Positions 29,692 through 41,100 are shown, counted from the first letter of the stretch. The stretch is 64,000 nt of DNA from Candidatus Methanomethylicia archaeon (GCA_038727515.1 JAVYVS010000002.1:96001-160000); one strand, 5' to 3'. Made by a program: numbers and translations. The notes: generated by a model from the letters alone, not told the origin.

Positions 29692-31065
29692 ATGGTTAAA
29701 TATAGGTTGTTTGGGACTTCTGGTGTTAGAGGTGAGATAAACTTATTTCTAACTCCAGAATTAGCTGTTAAACTTTCTATGGCTTTTTCAAGATTTTTAG
29801 GGGGATCCGGCGATATTGCTATAGGTTTTGATTCACGTCTCCCCTCTAGAGCTTTAGTTGAAGCATGTATTTCTGGAGCTATGTTTTCTGGTTTAAATGT
29901 TTTCTATCTTGGACTTATACCAACACCAGTACTTTTACATGTGGTTAAGGAATTTAAGCTGGATGGTGCCATTATGGTTTCTGCAAGTCATACTCCACCT
30001 AGATATTGTGGTTTAATCTTTTTTAAGGGTGATACTGGAGAGCTATCTCCAATGGAATCGAAAATTATTGAAGATTTAGTTTTTTCTGAATTTTCAACTT
30101 CTAATGTTTTTGGTTCTTTACATTTTTTGGGTGATGTTAGTGACATATATGTTGAATCTATATTGAGAAATTTTAATTTTGGAAGTTTCAATGATTTAAA
30201 TTTGAAGATTGTTTGTGACATTGGTAATAGTCCATATGCACTATACTTCAATAAGCTTTTTGAATATTTAGGTATTGATTTTATTTCTATTAATTGTCAT
30301 CCAGATGGATTTTTCCCAGGTAGAGGTGCTAATGTGGATGTAAATAGTTTAAGTTATGTTTCTAATATTGTGAAGGGTGGTTTAGCGAATTTCGGTTTTG
30401 GAGTTGATGGTGATGGTGATAGATGTTTATTTGTAGATGAAAATGGCGTAGTTTTGTCTGGTGATATTATTGGAGCATTATTTTCACGTGAAGCTTTACT
30501 TAGGGTTCATAGTGGAATTATTGTTTGCCCAATAAATACTTCAAATATAATACTTGATATTTCAAGTAAATTCAATGGTAAAGTATATTTCACTAGGGTT
30601 GGTCCTCCAGAGATAATTGAAGCTATTAGAAAGATCGATAATGTTGTATTTGCTTTTGAAGAATCTGGTAAATATATTTGGCCTAAAAACATATTGTATG
30701 GAGATCCTGGATATACCCTCATAAAAATGTTGGAAATTATCTTGAAGTATGGATCTATTCATGAAGCAATAAAAGATTTCCCAAGATACTTTCAATTTAA
30801 AACTTCTATTCCATGTCAAGATGATTATAAAAATAAGGTTTTATCCTATTTAAGGTGTAAGTTGGATGTTTTCAATCCTAAGGAGGTTATTGATTTAGAT
30901 GGGTTAAAAATTATTTTAGATGATGGTTGGATATTATTTAGACCTTCTGGAACTGAAGATGTATTTAGAGTTTTCGTTGAGGGATTTGATGAACATAAAA
31001 CTATAAAAATGTTGGATTTAAGTGTAAAACTCGTAAAAGATGCTATTAAAATGCTATCTAAATAG
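29692..31065 (+). CDS. Phosphoglucomutase/phosphomannomutase family
   Basis: FGTSGVRG, SASHTP, DGDGDR, FEESG, RPSGTE. Confidence 0.9.
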   Translation: MVKYRLFGTSGVRGEINLFLTPELAVKLSMAFSRFLGGSGDIAIGFDSRLPSRALVEACISGAMFSGLNVFYLGLIPTPVLLHVVKEFKLDGAIMVSASHTPPRYCGLIFFKGDTGELSPMESKIIEDLVFSEFSTSNVFGSLHFLGDVSDIYVESILRNFNFGSFNDLNLKIVCDIGNSPYALYFNKLFEYLGIDFISINCHPDGFFPGRGANVDVNSLSYVSNIVKGGLANFGFGVDGDGDRCLFVDENGVVLSGDIIGALFSREALLRVHSGIIVCPINTSNIILDISSKFNGKVYFTRVGPPEIIEAIRKIDNVVFAFEESGKYIWPKNILYGDPGYTLIKMLEIILKYGSIHEAIKDFPRYFQFKTSIPCQDDYKNKVLSYLRCKLDVFNPKEVIDLDGLKIILDDGWILFRPSGTEDVFRVFVEGFDEHKTIKMLDLSVKLVKDAIKMLSK

Positions 31066-31818
31066 GTCTTTCTCCTCTGGATATATTATATTCTTTATTG
31101 AATCTTCACCCTTTGGATAATCATATCCTCTAATTACAACCACCGGTATCCCTTTACTCTTACCCATTGCAAGTTCTGCTGCTGCAGCAAGTTCATCTAC
31201 AATTGCCATTTGCGTTACTCTTAAAGTGTAGCCATACATATCTTGAGTCCCCCTATAATCCTTTATAACATTTATTCCAGCTATACCTATAGCGAAGTTT
31301 ACATGTCCCCTCCTCCAAGCTCTACCAAATGTATCTGAAATTATTACTGCTACATCTACACCCTTCAACTCTCTTATACGATCTCTAATTCCTCTAGCAG
31401 ATCTATCAGGATCTTCTGGTAATAGTGAAACTATGTCTTCTCCACCTGCAACATTTGATTTATCTATACCAGCATTAGCACATACAAATCCATGTTTTGT
31501 TTCAACTATTAAATGTCCACCCCTCATTCTAACGATCTTATTGCTTTCCCTCAATATCAATTCTACAAGTTCAGGGGTTTTACCAGTTAATTCTGCAACT
31601 CTTTTCGCAAAGGGTGAGGGTTGTATATCACTAAGCTTAACTATTCTACCTTCAGCTTTTGCCACTATTTTACTTGCTACAACTATTATATCATTATCCC
31701 TTAATCCTCCAATTTGTTCTTCAGCTTTCTCACAAATCATCTTTGCAATATCATCTCCAGCCTTTATATCTGGAAAACCCTTTAATCCCACTATGGTTAT
31801 AACATCTTTATCATTCAA
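31054..31818 (-). CDS. cofE: Coenzyme F420-0:L-glutamate ligase
   Basis: SKIVAKAEG, ANAGIDKSN, SDTFGRAWR, DELAAAAEL, DLFR. Confidence 0.93.
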   Translation of the reverse strand: MNDKDVITIVGLKGFPDIKAGDDIAKMICEKAEEQIGGLRDNDIIVVASKIVAKAEGRIVKLSDIQPSPFAKRVAELTGKTPELVELILRESNKIVRMRGGHLIVETKHGFVCANAGIDKSNVAGGEDIVSLLPEDPDRSARGIRDRIRELKGVDVAVIISDTFGRAWRRGHVNFAIGIAGINVIKDYRGTQDMYGYTLRVTQMAIVDELAAAAELAMGKSKGIPVVVIRGYDYPKGEDSIKNIIYPEEKDLFR

Positions 31819-33382
31819 TTTTTATCACCTTTGAAATAATAATCACTATTATACCACCCCATAAGATAACAGTTAAACTTATTGCTAAGTATGATATAAA
31901 GATGCCTATTTCACCAATTATTATTGCCAACCAATCATATTCTGAAGTTAATAATCTTTGTGATAAATTCAACAGTATATTTGCAATCCATGCAAAGGGT
32001 TGTGCAAAATTCTTTCGCATCAATATGTATTTTGCTTCAATTATCTCCTTATATATCCATAATCCACCTGAAATCTTAAATCCCCATTCAATGAATTTTA
32101 TCGTTAAATCCTTTTGTGATGCTATGTTTAAATAGTTTATGAAGGTTTCTGTATCACTAATAGTTAATCCCTTAATTTCATTGAATAATTTCTGCAATAA
32201 GTTTAATCCACCATACCCCTCTAATATTGTTTTTATTATTGCATATGATGCAGCATAGTAATTGAGTATGTTTGATGGGGTTTCCACGGGATTCCACCAT
32301 TGTATAAATCCATAATTCTCCTTTAATTGTAATGATATTTCCTCCAATGTCTTCATTCTCGATAGAGCTCCTTCCCATCCCATATTCATCGTTAATTTTA
32401 TGCTTAGATATTCAGCTAAACCTTCATGTACCCATAATAGGTTTGGAGATATTCCTGCCTTCCAAGCAAAATGATGTATTAATTCATGTAAGGCTATTTG
32501 CTCCCAGAATCCTTGTGCAGTTCTAATGTATAATAGGTTTAGATATATATTTCCAAGATGAGTTCCATTAAATGGTATATATCCACCAGTTCCAAGATCT
32601 GCTATTCTAGGTGCAAAGAACATAACTTTTACAATCGTTAAATTTACACCAAATATCTTCGTTAGATTATTGTAGAATGTTTTATATGTTTTTATCAGAT
32701 TTTCCGCTACTTCTCTATATCTTTCTGGTGTTACCACTTGGAATATTCCATCACTATACACCCTCATATTTCCAGTTTGCATTGTAGTATATTCTATGGC
32801 TATTCTAGCACTATTTGACTGTAATCTTATAGTTATCTTCCATTTTCCCCCCTCTAATCCTATGTCTGTTGGCGATGGTTGTACTCCACTTCTTGATACC
32901 CTTGAGTTTCCTGGTAGATATATGTATACTATACCTGCATCCCTTTGACTAAAGTATATTTGTGGTGAATAGAAGAAGCAATTTGGTTCAACTATTAAAG
33001 CTCCATTATTCATTGTATAGTTTATTTCTAATTTAAATACTGGGCTTCCAATATATGTGAACGTATAATTATCATAAAATGTAAATTCTTCTCCAGTTGC
33101 TGTATATGCTCTCTTTAATTCACTACTCTTTATGCGTCCACTAATTTCCCTTATTGTGTATTTCGTAAAGTTTCTTGGAACTAGAAGCCATGATTCCCCT
33201 GAACTTCTTGAGGATTCATAGATTATCGTTATTTTAGTTATACCATCATCATCTACATCACATATATAACTGTATGTTCCACTATACTGTTGTGAAAGTA
33301 TTTGATCATTATATGAATACGATATGTTTACAATTAATGGTATTATTAACATTATTATTAGGGTGAATATTGTTTTCCTCAA
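31811..33382 (-). CDS. Secreted, membrane-anchored gluzincin metallopeptidase (M1/MA-like)
   Basis: Signal peptide, HELIH...WVHEGLAEY, C-terminal TM. Confidence 0.8.
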   Translation of the reverse strand: MRKTIFTLIIMLIIPLIVNISYSYNDQILSQQYSGTYSYICDVDDDGITKITIIYESSRSSGESWLLVPRNFTKYTIREISGRIKSSELKRAYTATGEEFTFYDNYTFTYIGSPVFKLEINYTMNNGALIVEPNCFFYSPQIYFSQRDAGIVYIYLPGNSRVSRSGVQPSPTDIGLEGGKWKITIRLQSNSARIAIEYTTMQTGNMRVYSDGIFQVVTPERYREVAENLIKTYKTFYNNLTKIFGVNLTIVKVMFFAPRIADLGTGGYIPFNGTHLGNIYLNLLYIRTAQGFWEQIALHELIHHFAWKAGISPNLLWVHEGLAEYLSIKLTMNMGWEGALSRMKTLEEISLQLKENYGFIQWWNPVETPSNILNYYAASYAIIKTILEGYGGLNLLQKLFNEIKGLTISDTETFINYLNIASQKDLTIKFIEWGFKISGGLWIYKEIIEAKYILMRKNFAQPFAWIANILLNLSQRLLTSEYDWLAIIIGEIGIFISYLAISLTVILWGGIIVIIISKVIKIE

Positions 33383-34161
33383 ACATCTTCACCTAAAATT
33401 TTTCTTGCAAAAACTATATATCCAGTATGTCCAATCATTATTGTTTCCGGTCTAGTTTCATTAACCTTCACTTTCCATCTCCTTTGAATATTTTCTATAC
33501 ATTCTATCCCTATGAAATTTGATTTCTCCAATGCTTCAACAGTCTTTATAACTTGTTCTATTGTTGGACTATAACTTACAAATACACCCCAATCTGCTAA
33601 TGCTTTATATGCATTATTTACCACTAGCCATGGTGTAGCTACATCCAACATTACAGCATCAACATCTTCTTCATCAAATCCTTGAGTTACATCTTTAAGT
33701 TTTAATTCTACGTATTCCATTAAACCAGCTCTCTCAAGATTCTTCTTCGCTATTTTAATATGTTCCTCTCTACTCTCATAACTATATACTTTTCCATCTG
33801 GTTTTACATAGTATGCCAATGCCATGGTTAAAGCTCCTGAACCAGTTCCAGCTTCTATAACTCTTGACCCTGGACCTATACCTGAATAATGTATTATTAC
33901 TGCTATATCCTTTGGATATATTATTTGAGTTTTCCTTAGTGATTTCATTATGTAATCTCTTATTGTTGGTTTAAGTACATAGAATTCAAATCCAATATTA
34001 CTTTTAACCTTTGATCCATATCTTTTCCCAATTATATTATTAGTATCTAGATATCCCTTATGACTATGGAATTTTTGATCTCTCTTTAAATTCACCATAT
34101 AACTCCTCTTTTGATCGATATATAATATGACATTTTCATTTTCCCTTACTACCTTCTCCAA
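33379..34161 (-). CDS. trmI: tRNA (adenine-57/58-N1)-methyltransferase
   Basis: TQIIYPKD, EAGTGSGALT, HTGY. Confidence 0.94.
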   Translation of the reverse strand: MEKVVRENENVILYIDQKRSYMVNLKRDQKFHSHKGYLDTNNIIGKRYGSKVKSNIGFEFYVLKPTIRDYIMKSLRKTQIIYPKDIAVIIHYSGIGPGSRVIEAGTGSGALTMALAYYVKPDGKVYSYESREEHIKIAKKNLERAGLMEYVELKLKDVTQGFDEEDVDAVMLDVATPWLVVNNAYKALADWGVFVSYSPTIEQVIKTVEALEKSNFIGIECIENIQRRWKVKVNETRPETIMIGHTGYIVFARKILGEDV

Positions 34162-34201
34162 AAGTTTCCCTCCAATTCAGATATAAATTACCATCTTCTA
34201 T

Positions 34202-34417
34202 TTATTTTCTCGACATTAAAATAGTTCGTATTTCATCAATCTTCTTCTCCAATCTACTTATGTCTTCAATAATTTTCATCAATAATCTAACTACTTCATT
34301 GTGAACGTATAATTCTTGTAGTGGTCTATCTACACTTTCACCAATCAATCTATAAAATATCAATCTATCCCTCATTAATCTATCTAATTCCCTTTTCTTT
34401 TCCTCTTCTAAATTCAT
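34202..34417 (-). CDS. Small coiled-coil hypothetical protein
   Basis: Co-oriented ORF at the head of the trmI-peptidase-cofE run. Confidence 0.55.
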   Translation of the reverse strand: MNLEEEKKRELDRLMRDRLIFYRLIGESVDRPLQELYVHNEVVRLLMKIIEDISRLEKKIDEIRTILMSRK

Positions 34418-34518
34418 TTCAACTCAAATATATTCACGATTATTAATCTTGTAAATTTTTCTTTGAATTACAGCTAAACATTTTATATAAGTTTTTAATA
34501 TTTTTAATGGTGTTTTAA

Positions 34519-35283
34519 TTGAATTTTAGAGAGTTTATCTCTTCAGCTTCAAAGATGAATCATAGTAGAATTATTCTTGCTTTAGATCTATCTATGATGC
34601 CTAGGGATAGTGGATTTAATCTTTTAAAGAATACTGCTATGAAAATACTTTCATCTGTAGCCAATTATATATGTGCTGTTAAAATTAATATGCAATTACT
34701 CTTGCCATTGGGCCTTTATGATGGTGTTAGTGATATTATACGTTTAGCACATGATTTTAATATTCCTACAATTATGGATTGTAAGTTAAGTGATGTTGGT
34801 CATACAAATCTATGGGCTTCAAAACATTATTTTGAAGCTGGTTTTGATGCTATTATTGTTAATCCAATGGTTGGTTGGAGTGAAGGGGTTGAACCAGTAT
34901 TTAATGTAGCTAGGGATTATGGTGGTAGGGGAGTTATATTGTTAACGTATATGAGCCATAAAGCTTCCCCTGAAAGTTATGAATTGCCAATTTTAATTGA
35001 AGGTTCTCCTAAACCCCTCTATAAGATTTTTGCTGAAAGGGCTTTGAAATGGGGTGCTGATGGAGTAATCGTTGGTGGAACATATCCAGAGAAGATAAGG
35101 GAGATTAAGAGTATTCTATTGGGGAAAATCCCAATATACACTCCAGGCATTGGTTTACAGGGTGGTGAAATTAAAGCTTGTATTGATGCTGGATCTGAAT
35201 ATTTCATTGTTGGTAGATCAATATTTCAAGCTGAAGATCCTGTTGAAGCTGCTAGAAGATTTAGAGATTTAAGCTGGTTTTAA
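34519..35283 (+). CDS. pyrF: Orotidine 5'-phosphate decarboxylase
   Basis: ILALD, DCKLSDVGHT, TPGIGLQGG, IVGRSI. Confidence 0.94.
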   Translation: MNFREFISSASKMNHSRIILALDLSMMPRDSGFNLLKNTAMKILSSVANYICAVKINMQLLLPLGLYDGVSDIIRLAHDFNIPTIMDCKLSDVGHTNLWASKHYFEAGFDAIIVNPMVGWSEGVEPVFNVARDYGGRGVILLTYMSHKASPESYELPILIEGSPKPLYKIFAERALKWGADGVIVGGTYPEKIREIKSILLGKIPIYTPGIGLQGGEIKACIDAGSEYFIVGRSIFQAEDPVEAARRFRDLSWF

Positions 35284-35744
35284 CCCGTGTATTCATAGAT
35301 CCTCCATAATTCAATAACCTTTGTTAGAAAGTTTTCTATTAAATATCCTTGTCCTACACCTGGACATAATGCATCTACATACAAGTATAACTTCCCCTCA
35401 TTTACTTCTACTTCTGCTCTTTTCTCATCTAATCCTTCAATGGGCCTTCTTGAGACATGAAATGGATATAATTTACAGCATAATGGTCTCTCAAGATAAT
35501 TCATACAATAAGCTATATTGTTAATCTTTGTTAGGAATATACATGTTCCATCAGCCTTCTTTGATAGATAATATCTCCCATTATAATATACCAATATTGG
35601 ACCATATTTCCTCATTAATGATATTGCCTCATGATTTTTTAATGGTACAATATATGTTGTACAACATCTTCCACATCTAATACATCTCCATGATTTTGCA
35701 TCTTTCCACGGTATATATCTCTCAGCCTTCTGCATATTACTCAT
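35280..35744 (-). CDS. YkgJ family (CxxCxxCC) cysteine cluster protein
   Basis: CIRCGRCC, CIFL, RPLCCKLYPF. Confidence 0.88.
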   Translation of the reverse strand: MSNMQKAERYIPWKDAKSWRCIRCGRCCTTYIVPLKNHEAISLMRKYGPILVYYNGRYYLSKKADGTCIFLTKINNIAYCMNYLERPLCCKLYPFHVSRRPIEGLDEKRAEVEVNEGKLYLYVDALCPGVGQGYLIENFLTKVIELWRIYEYTG

Positions 35745-35801
35745 ACCATCAATGAAAGTTAATTATTTATAATTTATAATTAAATTTTATGTGGTATATT
35801 T

Positions 35802-36233
35802 ATGTGCTCCATATTCCTGGGCGATATAAGATCTCTAAATTTTAATGATTTAATTAATCGTTTAAAATCTACGTCTCCCAATGTTGGTTGTGTATTGTTG
35901 TTTATTGGGTTTGTTAGGTCTGAAGGTGTAGATGGTGGTAATGTTAGGAATCTTGTTTATGAAGCTTATAAAGATCTCGCGGAGAGGGAGTTGAAATCAA
36001 TTGTGGATGATTCTATGAAGGTTGATGGTGTTTACTCCATTGAGATTATGCATATGATTGGTTCAGCGGTTCCTGGGGAGCATACATTTATTGTTGGGGT
36101 TGCATCTAAACATAGAAATGAAGGATTTAGAGTTTTAAGAGATGTAGTTGAAAGAGTTAAAAGAGAAGTTCACATATGGAAGAAGGAGATTACGGATAAA
36201 GGTGAAAATTGGATTATTGGTGGGGATAGTTAA
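35802..36233 (+). CDS. moaE: Molybdopterin synthase catalytic subunit
   Basis: FIGFVR, YEAY, HR..GF, K..VHIWKKE. Confidence 0.9.
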   Translation: MCSIFLGDIRSLNFNDLINRLKSTSPNVGCVLLFIGFVRSEGVDGGNVRNLVYEAYKDLAERELKSIVDDSMKVDGVYSIEIMHMIGSAVPGEHTFIVGVASKHRNEGFRVLRDVVERVKREVHIWKKEITDKGENWIIGGDS

Positions 36234-36279
36234 TAGTTATGCTTTTTAAGTTTAATTAAACAGTATTATTGGTGTTTAT

Positions 36280-37185
36280 ATGGCTATGGATTTAGCTTCG
36301 AAAATTGAAGATGCAACTGTAATGCTTATTAAAGCTGCATCAATATATCTACCATTGGATGTTAAAAATGCATTAATTAAAGCTAGAGATTTAGAGGTTA
36401 ATACATTGGCTAAAGCTCAACTTGAAGCTATAATCAAGAATTGTGAACTTGCAGAAGCTGAAGGTAAACCTATATGTCAAGATACTGGTCTCATATCATT
36501 CTATGTATCCATAGGTGATGATTTTCCAATTAAAAGTAAACTTATCGATATTCTGAATAAAGCTACTATAAGAGCTACAAAGGAGATTCCACTAAGACCT
36601 AATGCTGTTGATGTTTTAAGTGGTAAGAATAGTGGTGATAATACTGGTAGATATATTCCAAGTATTGATTGGGAACTTATATCGAATAGCGGTGAAGTTA
36701 AAATAACAGTTTTTCCAAAGGGTGGTGGAAGTGAAGGACCTTGTATAGCTAAAGTTATACTTCCAACTGAAGGTTTAAAATATGCTAAAAAGCTTGTTTT
36801 AGATGCTGTTGCTGATGCTGGGGCAAAACCTTGCCCACCTACAGTTGTAGGTGTTGGTTTAGGTGGAACAATAGATTTAGCTGTTAAACTTGCTAAGAAA
36901 TCTCTACTAAGACCTATAGGTGTTAGAAGTGAAATTGAGGAAATTGCTAAACTTGAAGAAGAATTAATTGAACTTGTAAATAGTTTGGGTATTGGCCCCC
37001 ATGGTGTTGGTGGAAAAACAACTGTACTAGATGTACATGTTGATTGTGCTCATAGACATCCTGCATCTTATGCTGTAGCTGTATTATTTAATTGCTGGGC
37101 TGTTAGGAGATCCACTATGACTATAGATTCAAAGGGTAATGTTAATTTCATAACACATGAATTTATGAATAAATTTTGGAGGTGA
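36280..37185 (+). CDS. Fe-S hydro-lyase (fumarate hydratase/tartrate dehydratase) alpha subunit
   Basis: PICQDTG, LRPNAV, KGGGSE, PCPP, CWA. Confidence 0.92.
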   Translation: MAMDLASKIEDATVMLIKAASIYLPLDVKNALIKARDLEVNTLAKAQLEAIIKNCELAEAEGKPICQDTGLISFYVSIGDDFPIKSKLIDILNKATIRATKEIPLRPNAVDVLSGKNSGDNTGRYIPSIDWELISNSGEVKITVFPKGGGSEGPCIAKVILPTEGLKYAKKLVLDAVADAGAKPCPPTVVGVGLGGTIDLAVKLAKKSLLRPIGVRSEIEEIAKLEEELIELVNSLGIGPHGVGGKTTVLDVHVDCAHRHPASYAVAVLFNCWAVRRSTMTIDSKGNVNFITHEFMNKFWR

Positions 37186-37796
37186 ATATTTTGGAGTATT
37201 ATCTCAATACCCCCATAAGTGATGAAGATATTAGGAAACTTAAGGTTGGAGACATAGTTTATTTAAGTGGTATTATAGTTACAGCTAGAGATGCAGCTCA
37301 TAATAGAGCTTTATCCATATTGAATTCCGGTAAACAATTACCAATAGATTTAAGGGGTTTAGCTGTTTACCATTGTGGTCCAGTTGTTGATAAGAGGAAT
37401 GGAGAATGGGTTATTGTAGTTGCAGGACCCACCACTAGTACTAGGATGGATGCATTAGAATATGATTTCATTGAGAAAACTGGTGTAAAGATGGTTATTG
37501 GTAAAGGTGGTATGGGTAATAGAACTGTTGAAGCTTGTAAGAAGTTTGGTGCAGTCTATACAATATTTACTGGTGGTGCAGCAGTTTTAGCTGCTAAAGG
37601 TATGAAGAGAGTTTTAGATGTACATTGGCTTGATTTAGGTGTTCCAGAAGCTCTATGGGTTATTGAAGTTGATAAATTTGGGCCATTAATGGTTACCATT
37701 GATTCTCATGGAAATAACTTCTATGATTCCATTAATAAAGAGGTTTATAGAAGGCTTAGGGAAGAGATTTATCCAAAGATTGGAGTTAAAGCTTAA
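37176..37796 (+). CDS. Fe-S hydro-lyase (fumarate hydratase) beta subunit
   Basis: TARDAAH, HCGP, GPTTSTRM, GKGGM. Confidence 0.92.
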   Translation: MEVNILEYYLNTPISDEDIRKLKVGDIVYLSGIIVTARDAAHNRALSILNSGKQLPIDLRGLAVYHCGPVVDKRNGEWVIVVAGPTTSTRMDALEYDFIEKTGVKMVIGKGGMGNRTVEACKKFGAVYTIFTGGAAVLAAKGMKRVLDVHWLDLGVPEALWVIEVDKFGPLMVTIDSHGNNFYDSINKEVYRRLREEIYPKIGVKA

Positions 37797-37797
37797 T

Positions 37798-38295
37798 TTA
37801 AACAATATTTTCTTTTTGATATATTCCTTCATATATTTTATGTGGTTCTCCACTTAATTTAATGAATATTAATTGTACTATCCTTGCATTTTTATATAGG
37901 TATATTCCCTTTTCATTGAATACATGTAGTAGACTTTCACTTCTACCAATATATCCTGGATCCCATATAGCTGTATATATTGTTGCTCCACATCTTATTA
38001 ATGATGATCTTGGATATCCAATTGCTATAACATCCTTTGGCATCTTTATTATTTCATTATACTTTACTCTATATACTCCTGCTTCTAAGAATATTTTTCC
38101 ATCTTCTCCAAAGGATAATGGTTCTGTTTTCGGTATCTTCCTAAATTTATTTGTTAAATCTATAACTCCTGCTTCCAAAATTCTTTCAATACTATTCAAT
38201 GTTAATTCTATACCAGCTGGTTGAACTTGTAATTCTGGATTTACCAAATTTTCCACAATACCCATTTTATATGCTTCTAATCCAGTTATAATCAT
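37798..38295 (-). CDS. dUTPase / dCTP deaminase family (archaeal deoxyuridine triphosphatase-like)
   Basis: QPAGIEL, PRSSLIRCG, WDPGYIG, YEGIYQ. Confidence 0.88.
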   Translation of the reverse strand: MIITGLEAYKMGIVENLVNPELQVQPAGIELTLNSIERILEAGVIDLTNKFRKIPKTEPLSFGEDGKIFLEAGVYRVKYNEIIKMPKDVIAIGYPRSSLIRCGATIYTAIWDPGYIGRSESLLHVFNEKGIYLYKNARIVQLIFIKLSGEPHKIYEGIYQKENIV

Positions 38296-38297
38296 GT

Positions 38298-41093
38298 TTA
38301 CTCACCCCAAAACATTCTAGTCCTTAAATATTCCTTTTCTGCTTCTAATATTTCAAGGTAAAATTCTTCTTCAGTTTTTTGAGGTCCTCTAAGTATTCTT
38401 GAAGCTGTTGTAGGTCCAATTCCTCTTGCAGCTAATGCTATTAATGCTCTTTTACCATAACTCATTATTAGACTTATACTTTTCTGGAAGTTTTCTAAAT
38501 CCTTCTTTTCATCTTCACTTAGCTTTCTACCTTTAAATTTTTTATCAATTATTTTTAGGATGTCTTCTCTATATGTTGTTCCTATAGCTTTAGCTCCACA
38601 TTTTGGGCATGTTATTTCATCTGGAATATATTTCAATCTATATTTACCCATCCATTTTCTACAATGTATACATGCCAATATAATCTCTCTATTTTGAATT
38701 CTCTCTTTAACTATTTCCACTAGATTTAATGGGGCTTCTGAACTTGGAATTAAACCTTGTGGTAATGTTTGCATTAATATTTGCTTTGTTAATGGTGAAA
38801 TTTCTTCATTTAAATTCCTCCTTACAACTATTATCTCCACTTTTCCACTATTAATATCATTTAGATACTTTTTTACCGATTCTACTTCAAAATAATCTTG
38901 TAATGCTTCTCTAATAGCTTCCCCTTCAACGATGCTTCCTTCTAAATATGGAATTATTGATTCTATCCTACTAATTTTTGCTTCTTTCTCTATTACCCCC
39001 ATCCTTCTAGCAACATGGAAAATCTTCCATTTATATTCTGATGTATTCTTTAAAGCTTTCACTAAATCTTCCATTTCCATATTTATTTCATGTATTATTT
39101 GAATTATTGATTCTGGATTTAATGGTCTTGAGGTTATTAATGCTATCCTATATGGATCGCTTGCTATTCTCACATTAATTCTAAGTTTTTCATGTATTTT
39201 CAATGCTATTAATGATGCTATAGTCCTATTACCATTAGTTCCAAGTGGTATATGTATCACTATTATCTTACCCAATCCTTCCACTATAACCCTCTTTGAT
39301 GTTGGTATCTTAATTCCAAGTTTAACATGTTCATTTAATGCCCCCCTAATTTTACCTAAAATCTCCCCTCTTAATGGGTATCCACTCAATCTTTCACCTT
39401 TAAATATTTTCTCCCTTAAATCTGCAGCTTCCATGGCTACATCTACTGGTACTGGTATTAATTCTCCAATCCATGCTGGTATTGCAGCTAAATCTTCCCC
39501 CATATATTCCACGTAAATTTTCAATTCATTTTCATCTATGTTTATAATGTTCCATGTTCTTCCAGCTAATATAAATGGTTCCTTTCCATGTATTACTACA
39601 AATTCTTCATCTAAATTTCCAATGGGTCTTCTATCTTCTACTGATATTACAGTAAACTTTCTAGTGTCTGGTATTACTGATAAATTTTCATAGTAGTATT
39701 TCCAAGTTCTATTTTTCCTCACCTTTAAATTTCCATCTTCCCCATAATATTTTATTACGCCTATTTCCGATAGGAATGATGCAACTTCAATTACATCTTC
39801 TTCTTTTAAATCTCTATATGGGTATGCTTTGCTAAATATCCTTTTTACATCCTTTACATTTATGGATCCTAAATCCAATATTAATCCAACCATTTGATGT
39901 GCTAATACATCTAAAGCTTTTTCATGCATCTTTAAATCCTCTATCCTCTTCTCCATAACTCTCTTTGCCAATACTGCAGATTCAATTATATCATCTATTG
40001 TAGATGCTATTATTGTTCCACATGATGTTTCCCAAATTTTATGTCCAGATCTTCCGACTCTTTGCATTAAGTTTGTTGCTTGTCTTGGTGATGTATATTG
40101 TATAACATGGTCTATCGATCCAATATCTATCCCAAGTTCTAGTGATGATGTACAGATCAAAAGTTTTATTATTCCATTTCTAAATTCTTCTTCAATTCTT
40201 ATCCTCTCCTCTTTTGATATTGAGCCATGATGTACTCCAATTTTAAATGGTGGATTTAACTTCTTAATCATAGTTGATAATGCTTCAGCAGTTTCTCTAG
40301 TGTTTGTGAATAATAGTATAGAATTACCTTTTGAAGCTAATTCTATTATCCTCCTAAGTCTCTTTACCATGTGTACTGGTATACCTTCTACTTCTGAATA
40401 ATTTTCTTCATCATCAAATACTGCTTCAACATTTATTTCGAAATTCTTCTTTTCTGTTGAATCTATTATCTTTACTTTCCTATCTGTTCCAGCTAGGAAT
40501 TTCGCTGCTAAATCCCTATTCCCTATAGTTGCAGATAATCCTATTCTCTGAATCTCCTCCTCACATACTTCTTCAAGTCTCTCTAAAGCTAATGCTAGTT
40601 GAGCCCCCCTCTTATCGGATACTAGCTCATGTAGCTCATCTATGACTACATATCTTACTTTTGATAGATGTTTACGTATAGTTTTACCTGGTAATATTGC
40701 TTGTAGTGTTTCTGGTGTTGTTATCAATATTTTTGGCGGTTTTAAAGCTTGTCTCCTCCTAATTGATTCAGGTGTATCTCCATGTCTAACTTCTATTGAT
40801 ATTCCAGCTTTCTCAGCTATTTCCACCATCCTCTTCAATATATCCCTATTTAAAGCTCTTAATGGTGTTACGTATATTGCCCTTATCCCTCTAATATCTT
40901 CATTCATCATCATACTTATTATTGGGAATAATGCTGCCTCAGTTTTACCCGATCCCGTTGGTGCTATTAATAATATATTTTCTCCATTCAATATTTCTGG
41001 TATTGCCTTCTCCTGTGGTTCTGTAGGCTCTATATATCCATAATCCAATATTATCCTTCTAAGTTTTTCATTTAATTTTTGAAATGCGTTCAT
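38298..41093 (-). CDS. lhr: Lhr-family DEAD/DEAH helicase
   Basis: APTGSGKT, DELH, SAT, QRVGRSGH, C-terminal Zn finger. Confidence 0.93.
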   Translation of the reverse strand: MNAFQKLNEKLRRIILDYGYIEPTEPQEKAIPEILNGENILLIAPTGSGKTEAALFPIISMMMNEDIRGIRAIYVTPLRALNRDILKRMVEIAEKAGISIEVRHGDTPESIRRRQALKPPKILITTPETLQAILPGKTIRKHLSKVRYVVIDELHELVSDKRGAQLALALERLEEVCEEEIQRIGLSATIGNRDLAAKFLAGTDRKVKIIDSTEKKNFEINVEAVFDDEENYSEVEGIPVHMVKRLRRIIELASKGNSILLFTNTRETAEALSTMIKKLNPPFKIGVHHGSISKEERIRIEEEFRNGIIKLLICTSSLELGIDIGSIDHVIQYTSPRQATNLMQRVGRSGHKIWETSCGTIIASTIDDIIESAVLAKRVMEKRIEDLKMHEKALDVLAHQMVGLILDLGSINVKDVKRIFSKAYPYRDLKEEDVIEVASFLSEIGVIKYYGEDGNLKVRKNRTWKYYYENLSVIPDTRKFTVISVEDRRPIGNLDEEFVVIHGKEPFILAGRTWNIINIDENELKIYVEYMGEDLAAIPAWIGELIPVPVDVAMEAADLREKIFKGERLSGYPLRGEILGKIRGALNEHVKLGIKIPTSKRVIVEGLGKIIVIHIPLGTNGNRTIASLIALKIHEKLRINVRIASDPYRIALITSRPLNPESIIQIIHEINMEMEDLVKALKNTSEYKWKIFHVARRMGVIEKEAKISRIESIIPYLEGSIVEGEAIREALQDYFEVESVKKYLNDINSGKVEIIVVRRNLNEEISPLTKQILMQTLPQGLIPSSEAPLNLVEIVKERIQNREIILACIHCRKWMGKYRLKYIPDEITCPKCGAKAIGTTYREDILKIIDKKFKGRKLSEDEKKDLENFQKSISLIMSYGKRALIALAARGIGPTTASRILRGPQKTEEEFYLEILEAEKEYLRTRMFWGE

Positions 41094-41100
41094 GGTTAAT